Shown here: positions 11,629-25,261 of the stretch, piece by piece | How the letters are laid out: the number at the start of each line of letters is the position of its first letter | How positions within the stretch are numbered: position 1 is the first letter of the stretch | Origin: Eledone cirrhosa | Taxonomy: Eukaryota | Reading direction: 5' to 3' | DNA: 64,000 nucleotides | NCBI GenBank assembly: GCA_964016885.1 | Contig: OZ024740.1 | Coordinates: 271,498,001 to 271,562,000 of the forward strand | Translations under genes and position numbers: made by a program | The notes under the pieces: model-generated | What the model was told of the DNA's origin: nothing | Database searches by the model: none | What the model saw: the letters and a program-made list of their open reading frames with translations, nothing else

Positions 11629-14600
11629 TTAACCGCTGCGATCGAATGTGGCTTTTTAGCCCAGCCAATGATCTAAAATATCTTGCACAGAGTCGGCAAC
11701 CAAAACATTCACTGGGAATAGCCGGCTGTGGTTGGAGTTCATGTACTTTTGCATGTCGTTTGAGCCCTCCTGCTGATTTACATTCTCTACCACATGCTTG
11801 GCAAGCATGATGAGTAGCATCTCCAACAGCAGCCTGGTAGTCAACCACTGGTCTTACTTTATGACTGCGAAGATGACTTTCGAGTCCAGCTTTGCTTAGG
11901 CAAAGTCTCGCACAGACGCTGCATGTCAGCACCATAGGAGAACCTTCGCCGTCTGAAAGTGCAACAGCAATGCCCTTCCTCACATCCTGCTTTACTTTCT
12001 CGTATGCGATTCGAGATGCCTCAAAGGCAACTTTTCCCTCATATAGTCTTTCTCCATTTATTACGATAAGCAGCAACATTTTCCCATGTATCAGCAGAGA
12101 TGTTAGCGTCTTTCAAAGGGGCTTTCAAGGAATCCTTATACCTCTTTTTTTGGTTTATGTGGCGGTCGTTTTCCTTTAACTAACTTTCCATAAAAGAGTT
12201 GTTTTGGTATTCTAGAATCCTTCATCCTGGCAAGGTAACCACTCCAACGGAGTCGTTGCTTAAGCACAAGAGCTTCTATACTGTCACACATAGAGCTTTC
12301 CAAAATCTCGACATCACTGATGTGGTCCCTCCAGTGAACGCCATGGATCCGTCTGAGACACATCTGATGGAAACGCTCCAATTGCTTAAGGTGGTGTCGA
12401 TATGTGACCCAGGTCTCGCAGGCATAAAGAAGAGAAGAGAGCACACATGCCTTGTACACCTTTACCTTTGTCTTCTTGCATATGTCTTGCCGACCCCAGA
12501 GTCGCCTTTCTACCTTTCCGAAAGCATCATTTGCTTTCCTAATCCTGAGTGGGATTTCACTGTCAAGGTTGCCGTATCGATTGACAGTGCTTCCCAGGTA
12601 CACAAACTGATCAACCACTCCAAGTCGTTTACCATAAACATAGATATTTGGTTCACTGTACTGCCTACCAGGGGCAGGGTGGTGCATGACGACGGTTTTC
12701 TTGAGACTGACAGTCAATCCTAGGGCAGTGCAAGCACCAGAAAATGCATTCAAAATGTGCTGCATATCACTCTCTCTGTGCCCTACAAGATCGCAATCAT
12801 CTGCATACAAGAGGTCTCTTATGATTGATGTAAATACTTTTGTCTTTGCAGCAAAGCGCCTGATGTCAAATATGCTGCCTGAGGTTCGATATCGGATGTA
12901 AACACCATGCTCGCAATTCCTGAATGCAATACAGAAAACCATTGCAAAGTATATGGCAAACAGGATCGGTGCTGGAATATCCCCCTGTTTCACTCCATGT
13001 TTTACTGAGATAGGCTCCGACATGTTACCTCCGACATTAACCCAAGCCTTCATGTCGTCATGGAAAGACCTAACTAAAGCAAGGAACTTATCAGGGCAAC
13101 CAAGTTTCTGGAGAACCTTCCATAATGCATCTCTGTTAACAGTATCGAAAGCTTTTGTCAGATCGACAAAAACCTGATACAGATCCAAACCTTGTTCCAT
13201 GCATTTCTCCTGGAGCTGTCTAGCTGAGAAGATCATATCAGTAGTGCCGCGTCCAGCACGAAAACCAGATTGACTTTCAGGAAGAACACAATCTGCAATG
13301 TGTGTCAGCAGACGGTCCAGAAGCACCCTACATAAAACTTTCCCTACGACAGAAAGCAATGATATACCCCTGTAGTTCCCACAATCATTCCTGTTACCCT
13401 TTCCCTTGTACAAGACCACCATTACTGCATCTCTCCAGTCCTCAGGTACGGATTCATTAGCCCATATCCTGCCAAACAAAGAGTGAAGATGTTGCAGGAG
13501 TCTCTCACCACCATATTGTAGGAGCTCAGCATGTATGCCATCCATACCTGGAGATCTTCCACTGTTCGGCTTCGAGAGAGCCACTGCAACCTCCACAAGT
13601 CTCGGAGGTTCTGCGAGAGCTACTTTCACAGGACTTTCTGGAATGAGATTGAGGAAATCTTCACTGACAACAGACGGCTGATTCAAAAGATCATCGAAGT
13701 GCTCTCGCAACTTTCGTAGAATTCCTTGTGAGTCACGAAGAAGTTATTTGCCATCCCTGTTGCGAAGCGGTGTCACCAGAGAAGAAGACGGTCCATAAAC
13801 CTCACGCAAGAGACTGTACAACTGCTTTGTGTTATTGGAATCTGATGCAGTTTGTATCTCACCAGCCTTCTCACTCCACCACTGATCCTTCATCTGAGAA
13901 AGACTCCGCCTAACACGTGATTTACATCCTTGAGTTCCTCATGCAACGTATTCCTCTCCTGTGGTTTAGCCGTCAAGTAGCGTGACAGAGCACGCCTCTT
14001 ATCAGCCAACAAGTCTTCTATATGTACATCATTCTCATTAAACCAGTCCTGATGTTTTCTCTGCACCAATCCCAGAACACGCCTGCCTACATCATAAACC
14101 GACTTTTTAAGGGTCGGCCAATCCTCACCAAGATCTGCAGCCTGCATCTCTTCTTCCAATGTCCTCTTCACATTTTTATCCTTAAGACGAGCAGCATTCA
14201 ATCTTTTGGGCAGGGCAACACCAGGAGCCCGGATTTTACGTTTAGTGATTAGTTTCCCTTTTGCGCGTACCAGGCGGTGGTCCGTCCAGCACTCAGCTCC
14301 ACGAAGAGCACGAACACACTGCACATACTGTCTGTCACGCATCCTGACTAGGACGTAGTCCAAAAGATGCCATTCCTTAGATGCAGGATGCATCCATGTG
14401 GTCTTGAATTTGTTCTTTTGTTGGAACATGGTGTTGGTAACACACAGATCCAGCTCCTCACACATCTGCAGCAGGAGCATACCATTGTTGTTACACTTTC
14501 CCACCCTATGTCTTCCGATTACATTCCATGTGTTAAAATCCCTACCCACTCTAGCATTAAAGTCACCAAGCTCGATGACTTTGTCTGCCTGAGGGATATT

Positions 14601-15175
14601 TCTTAAAACACCTTTCAAGGCATGGTAAAAGACACTTTTTCTTCATCGACAGAATTCATAGTTGGAGCATACACACTCACCAGGGTCGCATATCTTCCTT
14701 TTTCCAGCGGAATTCTCATGGACATAAGACGCTCACTAATCCCTACTGGGAATTCTTCTAATTTATTCACAAGTACAGTCTTAACAGCAAATCCTACCCC
14801 AGCCTCTCTTCTGGTTACTTCATCTCTTCCTTTCCGGAAGAATGTATATTCTCCACAAAATTCTGTAAGATGACCATCTCCAGCTAACCTCGTCTCAGAT
14901 AAAGCCACGATGTCAAGATCGTAACGTCGAAGCTCCTTTGCAACAAGAGCGGTCCTTCGTTCAGGACGCTCCAAGGAATCCCTGTCAAGCAGCGTCCGTA
15001 CGTTCCAGCAGCCAAGACTAAATGCCTTGTTTGGCTCTATTACAATGGCTCGATGACGAGCGGGCCCAGGCTGTGATAACCTGGGGCCCCTGCCCTTATT
15101 GCCAATTATCTTTTTTGTTCCAGAACCTAAATTGCCAATTATCTCTTTTATATTGTTCTGGAACATCATTGAATT
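11629..15175 (-). pseudogene. Near full-length RTE (BovB-like) LINE: APE endonuclease, RT, C-terminal C2H2 fingers; frameshifted
   Basis: WNVRTL..ERRTALVAKEL..LSETR, SVYAPT, GDFNARVG, LDYV, TDHRLV; NYRGISLLS, FVDLTKAFD, GVKQG, YADD, YLGS; three CxxC..GL..H fingers. Confidence 0.9.
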
Positions 15176-15849
15176 GGGGAAAAAAAAAAAAAAAAAAGTA
15201 ATAATAATAGTAACAATAATAATAATAATAATAGTACACTATTAATAATTATTAATGCACTCGTGCAATGCCTGTGCGTGACGAATATTTTTAAAGTGAG
15301 GAAAGACTGTGCACTGAGCCAATCCCACTCTCTGAGCGAGAGTAGCTATAACCCGAAAAGAAGAAAAGATCAACATCATCGGTAACTACTGAGCCGCAGG
15401 TTTTATGTCGGAGTTAACCCAGTTTCCTGAGATGCCTTCTCCTAGAAGAATGCCCTGGCAAGGGCTAGGGGTTCTTCACTCCCAGTGGTTTAACATACGC
15501 GCGCGCACAGCAACACTCATACATACAAACAAACACACACACGCTACTCTACTCACTTACACACACACATATATATATATATATATATTACCGTCATTAC
15601 TGATACAAGATTACAAGATTATGTCAACTGTTGACTCTCAAGAGTTTGTATAGTTGAAGCCGATCGTATTACAGTCCAGTATTATTATAATTGCTTTACA
15701 GCATAGAGTTATGGCTCTCCACGCTCTGAGCTTAAATCCCGCCGAGGTCAACCTTGCCTTTCATCCCCACGGAGTCGTACATACATACATACATACATAC
15801 ATACATACATACATACATACATACATACATACATACATACATACATACA

Positions 15850-16276
15850 TGGTGGCTTCCAACTCGTTTTCGAGTACGGCCACTACTTTATATCCATGTA
15901 GGAGAACCCCTACCGATGCGCTGAACGAGTGTGAATTTTTAGTCCAGCCAGCGACTTGAAAACTCTGGTACAAACACTACACTTGTGACAATTATTGACA
16001 CATAGTGCTGGGCCCATGGTACCATGTGACGGCAAGTGCAGAGAGATCTCCAGATATAAAGCAATGCCTGTGCCGTGAAGCTTTTATAGTGAGCAAAGGC
16101 ACTGCACAAAGCCAGTCCCACTCTCTTAACCAAGATGATATTTACCAAAAAGAAGAACAAGTCAACATCATTGGATACCATCAGGGTTGCAGGTGTTATA
16201 TCAGAGTTTTCCTTCTCCTAGAATTCTGCCTTGACAAAGGCTAAGGGGTCATCTCTCCCAGTGATTTTGGATGGCC
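15850..16276. repeat. Unclassified insert between (CATA)n tracts
   Basis: Flanked by (CATA)n at 15778-15849 and 16277-16372; shares ccttctcctagaa...ggctaggg/ggctaaggg with 15435-15470. Confidence 0.4.
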
Positions 16277-16604
16277 ATACATACATACATACATACATAC
16301 ATACATACATACATACATACATACATACATACATACATACATACATACATACATACATACATACATACATACATGATTGAACCTCGATTTCGAGTAATGT
16401 TATCGCTTGATACTTAAGCATGAGTTTCACAGACGTGGCTTTTTAGTCCTGCTAAGGACTTTCTCACACTTGCACAGATGCTGCAACAATGGAGGTCTCT
16501 CGCAGTAGGTGTTACGGTCCAGTTTTGGTGCACTTTTTAAATGACGTTTCAGTCTACCAGCTGTGGCACACTCTTTTTCACACTCCCCACAAACAGAAAT
16601 GCCA

Positions 16605-18004
16605 TATAATTGTTTCTACGTTTGGCACAAGGCCAGCAATTACCCAGTGCATTACTGGTACTTTATTTCATCGACCCCGTAAGGATGAAAGGCAAAGTTA
16701 ACCTCGGCGGGATTTGAACTCAGAATGGCAAGGGCCGTAACTCTATGCGTCAAAGCATGGCGTCCGACCCTCTACCGATACTACCAATCCACCGCACAGA
16801 AATGCCATATAATGCACAGTTGACAGTGTCTCTGTGTACATGGCTTCTCTGATAACTTTCAAGGCCACATTCTTTCCATGTTAAGATGCTTAGACAAACC
16901 AAACTCAAGGCCCTTACAAGCACACCACTTGGGCTGTTCATGCTCAACCCCGTTTCTTCCAAATTCTTTCCTTCCATCATGCACTACCTTCCTCTAGGAA
17001 GTTCGATCTTGAACAAGGTTCTCCCAGTTATTCTCCGATATTTTCATTTTCCTCGGTGTGATATTAATGCGCCGGTCGTTTACCTTCGACCAGCTATCTT
17101 TGTCAGCCTATGAACTTTTCAGCCAACCCTCTTACTTCACCATACGTTAGGTTCAACGGCAGTATCGGTAGAGGGTCGGACGCCATGCTTTGCAGCAAAG
17201 AGTTACGGTCCTTTATGGTCTGAGTTCAAATCCCGCCGAGATTAAATTTGCCTTTCATTTTTACGGGGTCGATAAAATAAAGTACCAGTAATGCACTGCG
17301 ATCATTTCTGGCCTTGTGCCAAAAGTAGAAACAATTATTTTAATCTACTACTTTTATATCTCCGTGGGTTGGTAAAATAAATACTTGTAAGGTAATAAGG
17401 TAACAAGAGTGTGCGACAAGCAGACTTAATAAAGTACCGAATAACTGGCGGGGGGAGTCGATTAAATCGACACCAGTGCGTTACTGGTACTTTATTTGAT
17501 CGACCCCCGTAAGGATGAAAGGCAAAGCTAACCTCGACGAGATTTAAACTCAGAGCGCAAAGGGACGTAACTCTATGTTGTAAAGCATGGTATCCGACGC
17601 TCTACCGATACTAAAAAAAAATAATTGTTTCTAGTTTAAGCACAAGGCCAACAAATCTTTGAAGGGGAAGTCGATTAAATCAACTCCAGTACGTTACTGG
17701 TATTTTATTTTATCGACCCCCGTAAGAAGAAAGGCAAAGCTAACTTGGGAGGAATTTGAACTCAGAACGTGAAGGGACGTAACTCTATGCCGCAAAGCAT
17801 GATGTCCGACGCTCTACGCGACTGAAAAAAAATAATGGTTTCTGATTTAAGCACAAAGCCAACGATGTTTGGTAGAGGCAAACGTCGATTAAATTGACTC
17901 CAATGTGTTACTGCTACCTTATTTTATCGATCCTGTAATGATTAAAAGCAAAGCTAACCTCGGCGCGATTTAAACTTAAATGGTAAAGGGACGTAACTAC
18001 ATGC
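16605..18004. mobile_element. Cluster of SINE family A copies
   Basis: Copies at about 16605-16795(-), 17155-17338(+), and tandem 17450-17612(-), 17621-17823(-), 17832-18004(-). Confidence 0.8.
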
Positions 18005-18291
18005 CAACTGCCGAGCAAGAGCAATAACAACAACGACAACAACAGGCGATAATTTGCCAGACTTCTATACAAACATTTCCAATTATTACATATTTGTAGA
18101 CAAAAACAATACCGAAAGGATTTCTAAATTAGAGTATTACATTGACCTGGATTTCAAAGTATTAAATTAATATGAGATAAGGAAATAGGCCAAAGAATTG
18201 GGTTATTTCCTACAGCAGCGATGTTATTGTTGACTACACATATGAGGGTCGGCTGAAAACTTCATAGGCTCGCCAAGATACTCTCATGGAA

Positions 18292-18328
<37 letters not shown>

Positions 18329-18840
18329 ATATTTGGGGAGGGTCATATTTGCGTAATATTGCCAGAATTAATAACAGAACACACTCACTGTTTGGTTGGT
18401 TTTCGCTTCTCGCTGTCTTTTATATATATATATCTGCGATCTAACTTACTCGGTCCTCAATGTTGCCATTGACTGACCGGCGGTCAAAAATAATACAGAT
18501 ACAATATAGACAAACACATATATATATAGTTTACATAAATCTTTCGTTGCACATCTGCAACATCGTCAGTGGTGTTATATTCATTGTTCCTCCTGTTGTG
18601 TTGTATGTCTACGCCATTTTTTTGTTCAGTCTGTCTATATATTTATTTATTTATTTGCTTGTTTGTTTATCTTATTTTATTTTGTCTTCTTTGCGCATGC
18701 GTTTGCGTGTGTGTATAGTGTTATGTGTGATGTGTGACTAGTGTGGATAGTGTTGTGTCTGCTGGGTGACTGGTGTGTGTTTATGTGCTTGTGTATGTAT
18801 TTATTTATCTTATTTTATTTAATTTAATTTACTTATTTAT

Positions 18841-20798
18841 TTATACTTCTCTTAGGTCAGTGTTGTTTGTTTGGGTGTTGTTGTTGTTCCACTCATTCTT
18901 TCTGTTTAGCTTTGGTCTTCTAATTTCTATTTCACTGGCCTCTCTGATTTGCCTATCTGCTGGGTCATTCCTATGTTTAGATATTATTCTAATTTCTATG
19001 TTGTCTATGTTACCGTCATGATGTTGTCTAGCATGTTCGTATAGTACTGACCCGTTTTTTCGTCCTTTTAGTTCCCCCCAGTGTTGGTCTATCCTTTCAC
19101 CTATGCTACGAGCTGTCTCACCTATGTATGTTGTTGTCGTGTTTCTGCAAGTACCCTCTGTACATCTTATGCTATAGACTACGTTTCTAGTTTTACAGTT
19201 TATCCGGGGGTTCACCTTACATATGATACATTTCCTATTGGTACAGTGGGTTTTCTTAAAAGGGTAGGTTTTGCTGATCAGGGATTTTATGGTGGTTCCT
19301 GGCTTTTCTACCACCTTTATTTTTAAGTGGGTCTTTCTCAGGGCCTTTCTACACTGGTTAGCTAATTTCCCTCCAGGGGTGGCGTCCACAAACATGACAC
19401 TCTGATATCTCTGGTTGTCGTACCATGATGTGGCCTTCCCTATCTTATGTCTAGCCCTATCTAAGCTATTCCATGATTTGCTCCTGTATAGTGGGCAAAT
19501 TCCTTTCATGTCCAGTTCTATGAGGGTCTTATACTTTTCCATGGCTCCTTCGTATACTCTGACTCTGTCTCTTTGGTTGTAGCCAGAGAACTGCATGCGG
19601 TTGATGAAGTGTTGGATGTGTCCTTCCATTTCTGTTGGGTCGCACATGCTGGACACATTCTTCATCACTCGTACCAAATCTGCGATCAGAATATTAAACT
19701 TAGCACTACTGGACATTGCTGAGTTTTTGAGTATCAGGTATTTGGAGGCCATGGGTTTAGCATAGTGTGAGTGGAGAATTTGGGCTCTCTCGTCTATAGT
19801 GTTAATCCAGAGTTCTGTGTCTAATACAGGTAGTCTATTGTTAGGGTGTTTGGAAGGGAAGTCTATAGTTACAGTTATACTCTGGTGTATGGAATTAGCT
19901 ATCTGCTGGATGCTTTCCATCGTGCTACGTTCTAAATCAAACTTGTTAGTGCTCTCTAGTGGGGGTGTTCTTATAACTATATTGATATCGTCTACATAAC
20001 GAGAGTACATGATGAGGTCTATGGAGCTTTCATTAAGGAGATCTTTAAGTCTCCTTTCCCACCATACCATGAAAAGGTTGGCAACATCGCCAGCTATGCT
20101 GACGCCGATGGCTGCTCCCTCATTTTGGGTGTAGATTTTCTCATTGAACTTAAATATGTGGCCCTTTAGGGTAGTTTTGATACTAGCCCCTATTGCATGT
20201 GCGACCATTTTTCTTACCTGATCAGTGTTTTGGGGGATCCGTATAGCTTTGGTCCACCCAATCCACCTTCCTATGGGAGTCTTTTTAGCCATTGAGGTTA
20301 TGGTGGGGGGTCTACCTCTTATAGGTCTACTAGGGCAGAAACATCTAAGGTCATGGCTGTCTAGGTAGTCAGTGTCGTAGGTAAGTCTAAGTAGGAGGCC
20401 CAGTTCGTCTGTGTCGACGTCGCAGAACTCCACCTCACTCTCAATGATCAACTCCACGCATCTTTTCACAGCAAAATCAATGTTAATGGATGGGTACAGT
20501 GACACCACATCCATGCTGCCTATTATGCAGTTGGATAGGCTCCTGTTTTTGTTGCACTCACTGATTCTGCTGAGGAGGTCCTCTGTACTTTCACATACAT
20601 CTGGGGACATCTTGATTATGGGGCGTATAACCATTGAGAGGAAGTAGGAGATCCTGTAGTTGCTAGCTATATTAGCTCCGCATACAGGTCTTGTTGGTGG
20701 TCCTATTGTCGGGTCGTCGACTGTCTTGTGGTCTTTGCGGAGCCCATACAAGGGTGGTATGCCATTGTTAGACGCCTGGAAGTTGTTGGCAGTGCGTC
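18841..20798 (-). CDS. Penelope-like element ORF (RT + GIY-YIG), left arm, 5'-truncated
   Basis: PPLYGLRKDHK, RPVC, SMDVVSLYPSI, QNEGAAIG, RYVDD, PVLD; Cys-rich linker; VVYSIRC..YIGETAR..H; no internal stops. Confidence 0.9.
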
Positions 20799-20807
20799 CG
20801 CCAAGCA

Positions 20808-22765
20808 GACGCACTGCCAACAACTTCCAGGCGTCTAACAATGGCATACCACCCTTGTATGGGCTCCGCAAAGACCACAAGACAGTCGACGACCCGACAA
20901 TAGGACCACCAACAAGACCTGTATGCGGAGCTAATATAGCTAGCAACTACAGGATCTCCTACTTCCTCTCAATGGTTATACGCCCCATAATCAAGATGTC
21001 CCCAGATGTATGTGAAAGTACAGAGGACCTCCTCAGCAGAATCAGTGAGTGCAACAAAAACAGGAGCCTATCCAACTGCATAATAGGCAGCATGGATGTG
21101 GTGTCACTGTACCCATCCATTAACATTGATTTTGCTGTGAAAAGATGCGTGGAGTTGATCATTGAGAGTGAGGTGGAGTTCTGCGACGTCGACACAGACG
21201 AACTGGGCCTCCTACTTAGACTTACCTACGACACTGACTACCTAGACAGCCATGACCTTAGATGTTTCTGCCCTAGTAGACCTATAAGAGGTAGACCCCC
21301 CACCATAACCTCAATGGCTAAAAAGACTCCCATAGGAAGGTGGATTGGGTGGACCAAAGCTATACGGACCCCCCAAAACACTGATCAGGTAAGAAAAATG
21401 GTCGCACATGCAATAGGGGCTAGTATCAAAACTACCCTAAAGGGCCACATATTTAAGTTCAATGAGAAAATCTACACCCAAAATGAGGGAGCAGCCATCG
21501 GCGTCAGCATAGCTGGCGATGTTGCCAACCTTTTCATGGTATGGTGGGAAAGGAGACTTAAAGATCTCCTTAATGAAAGCTCCATAGACCTCATCATGTA
21601 CTCTCGTTATGTAGACGATATCAATATAGTTATAAGAACACCCCCACTAGAGAGCACTAACAAGTTTGATTTAGAACGTAGCACGATGGAAAGCATCCAG
21701 CAGATAGCTAATTCCATACACCAGAGTATAACTGTAACTATAGACTTCCCTTCCAAACACCCTAACAATAGACTACCTGTATTAGACACAGAACTCTGGA
21801 TTAACACTATAGACGAGAGAGCCCAAATTCTCCACTCACACTATGCTAAACCCATGGCCTCCAAATACCTGATACTCAAAAACTCAGCAATGTCCAGTAG
21901 TGCTAAGTTTAATATTCTGATCGCAGATTTGGTACGAGTGATGAAGAATGTGTCCAGCATGTGCGACCCAACAGAAATGGAAGGACACATCCAACACTTC
22001 ATCAACCGCATGCAGTTCTCTGGCTACAACCAAAGAGACAGAGTCAGAGTATACGAAGGAGCCATGGAAAAGTATAAGACCCTCATAGAACTGGACATGA
22101 AAGGAATTTGCCCACTATACAGGAGCAAATCATGGAATAGCTTAGATAGGGCTAGACATAAGATAGGGAAGGCCACATCATGGTACGACAACCAGAGATA
22201 TCAGAGTGTCATGTTTGTGGACGCCACCCCTGGAGGGAAATTAGCTAACCAGTGTAGAAAGGCCCTGAGAAAGACCCACTTAAAAATAAAGGTGGTAGAA
22301 AAGCCAGGAACCACCATAAAATCCCTGATCAGCAAAACCTACCCTTTTAAGAAAACCCACTGTACCAATAGGAAATGTATCATATGTAAGGTGAACCCCC
22401 GGATAAACTGTAAAACTAGAAACGTAGTCTATAGCATAAGATGTACAGAGGGTACTTGCAGAAACACGACAACAACATACATAGGTGAGACAGCTCGTAG
22501 CATAGGTGAAAGGATAGACCAACACTGGGGGGAACTAAAAGGACGAAAAAACGGGTCAGTACTATACGAACATGCTAGACAACATCATGACGGTAACATA
22601 GACAACATAGAAATTAGAATAATATCTAAACATAGGAATGACCCAGCAGATAGGCAAATCAGAGAGGCCAGTGAAATAGAAATTAGAAGACCAAAGCTAA
22701 ACAGAAAGAATGAGTGGAACAACAACAACACCCAAACAAACAACACTGACCTAAGAGAAGTATAA
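20808..22765 (+). CDS. Penelope-like element ORF (RT + GIY-YIG), right arm, 5'-truncated
   Basis: Same protein as the left arm except AIRTPQ versus AIRIPQ; the first ~48 aa of the called 701-aa ORF are antisense read-through of the other arm. Confidence 0.9.
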
Positions 22766-23031
22766 ATAAATAAGTAAATTAAATTAAATAAAATAAGATA
22801 AATAAATACATACACAAGCACATAAACACACACCAGTCACCCAGCAGACACAACACTATCCACACTAGTCACACATCACACATAACACTATACACACACG
22901 CAAACGCATGCGCAAAGAAGACAAAATAAAATAAGATAAACAAACAAGCAAATAAATAAATAAATATATAGACAGACTGAACAAAAAAATGGCGTAGACA
23001 TACAACACAACAGGAGGAACAATGAATATAA

Positions 23032-23073
23032 CACCACTGACGATGTTGCAGATGTGCAACGAAAGATTTATGT
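23032..23073 (+). ncRNA. Minimal type I hammerhead in PLE 3' UTR (mirror copy 18533-18574, minus)
   Basis: ca CTGACGA t gttgca-gatg-tgcaac GAAA gat TTA tg; same position as the hammerhead at 26176-26218; stem I weak. Confidence 0.6.
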
Positions 23074-23323
23074 AAACTATATATATATGTGTTTGTCTAT
23101 ATTGTATCTGTATTATTTTTGACCGCCGGTCAGTCAATGGCAACATTGAGGACCGAGTAAGTTAGATCGCAGATATATATATATAAAAGACAGCGAGAAG
23201 CGAAAACCAACCAAACAGTGAGTGTGTTCTGTTATTAATTCTGGCAATATTACGCAAATATGACCCTCCCCAAATATAACAATATCTGTTTCGACACACG
23301 ATTTCATATAAAAAACCTCGCAA

Positions 23324-23349
<26 letters not shown>

Positions 23350-23354
<5 letters not shown>

Positions 23355-23558
23355 TTCTAGTATAGGCACAAGGCCAGTGATTGACTAATCGATTAAATCG
23401 AACCCAGTACGTTACTGGTGCTTTATTTTATCGACCCCGTAAGGATGAAAGGCAAAGTTAACCACCTCGGCGGGATTTGAACTCAGACCGCAAAGGGAGC
23501 TAACTCTATGCTACAAAGCATGGTGTCCGACTCTCTACCGATACTACCAATCCACCGC
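23350..23558 (-). mobile_element. tRNA-derived SINE, family A
   Basis: Matches 603-790. Confidence 0.8.
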
Positions 23559-23628
23559 CCTTTATATATTGTTGTTATTTCTGGTTACCTTTTATATATA
23601 TGTATTATATATTTATATATTATATATG

Positions 23629-23785
<157 letters not shown>

Positions 23786-23884
23786 GGTAGTAACGTATGC
23801 TTACGCCGTATTTGACTAAATAGAATTAGTCTGTTAGTTGGGATTTTTTTTAATCTTCAGAATGGAAAAAAACGGATGAGTATT

Positions 23885-23953
23885 GACGTACAAGGGACAC
23901 GAACCCACATCTTTGGTTTGCCGGACCAATGTGTACCATTACACCAACACGCC
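23885..23953 (-). other. tRNA-like / Pol III A- and B-box module
   Basis: Minus strand ggcgtgttggtgtaatggtacacattggtccggcaaaccaaagatgtgggttcgtgtcccttgtacgtc; imperfect cloverleaf, probably a SINE head or pseudo-tRNA. Confidence 0.55.
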
Positions 23954-24142
23954 ATCCATGCTTCCATCCATTCAATTAGATTTTTTCCATTTCTGGAAGA
24001 CGTGCTCCATCATTCACTTTTCTAAAAATGTATATCATACACAAAAAGCCAACATCAACATGGACCTGTTATTTTTATCTAAAAACATTTTTTTCCCGAT
24101 TCCGCTCATCCAGTCCCTTCCATCTTTCTAATTTCTCATTCT

Positions 24143-24180
24143 TTCTTCTGATGAAGGACTAGCGTCTGAAACGTCCAGAA
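24143..24180 (+). ncRNA. Minimal type I hammerhead motif
   Basis: ttctt CTGATGA a ggac-tagc-gtct GAAA C G TC cagaa; lies in a repeat shared with 35460-35632. Confidence 0.65.
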
Positions 24181-24247
24181 ACTCTTCCTGCTATTAAACT
24201 AATATATTCTTTCCATATACTGTACCGATTGTGTTGTTATTTCTAGT

Positions 24248-24931
<684 letters not shown>

Positions 24932-24936
<5 letters not shown>

Positions 24937-25216
24937 GTAGAACACTGAAAGGTAATATCCGTAGTGGTACAGCACTCAGTCCATAGGACGAGTTAGGTAG
25001 AAGTGGTTACACAACATACCGAGAACAATTATTTCACCTTAGCGGATCCTCAGCTCGTAATGGACATGGTTATACGTCCATTACGAGCTGAGGATCCGCT
25101 AAGGTGAAACAATTGTTCTCGGTATGGTGAACTAACTGTTGTGTAACCACTTCTACCTAACTCGTCCTATGGATTGAGTGCTTTACCGCTACGGATATTA
25201 CCTTCCAGTGTTCTAC

Positions 25217-25222
<6 letters not shown>
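24932..25222. mobile_element. Fold-back mini-element with a hammerhead in each arm
   Basis: Arms 24932-25065 and 25076-25222 (12-nt indel), 10-nt centre; TA flanks. Confidence 0.8.
25084..25121 (+). ncRNA. Minimal type I hammerhead (mirror copy 25020-25057, minus)
   Basis: cgag CTGAGGA t cc-gctaa-gg t GAAAC aatt GTT ctcg; palindromic stem III AACAATTGTT. Confidence 0.7.

Positions 25223-25254
<32 letters not shown>

Positions 25255-25261
<7 letters not shown>

Larger units (their letters stand above)
18321..23285. repeat. Giant palindrome: 2478-bp arms, 9-nt loop
   Basis: Arms 18321-20798 and 20808-23285 (paired positions sum to 41606); loop cgccaagca; one mismatch found, 20237A against 21369C; (TA)n on both outer flanks. 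Confidence 0.97.

Noticed and set aside
20660-20946. Two overlapping 701-aa genes with a shared novel N-terminus
   Set aside because: The first ~48 aa start at TTG and are antisense read-through of the opposite arm, not a real domain
18841-22765. Naiad-type or selenoprotein PLE
   Set aside because: Endonuclease is C-terminal, no in-frame TGA, and a hammerhead motif is present
18841-22765. Bacterial retron, group II intron or DGR reverse transcriptase
   Set aside because: Eukaryotic context with spliceosomal introns; motifs and GIY-YIG fusion fit a PLE
23885-23953. Functional tRNA gene
   Set aside because: Imperfect acceptor stem and T-loop; more like a SINE head or pseudogene
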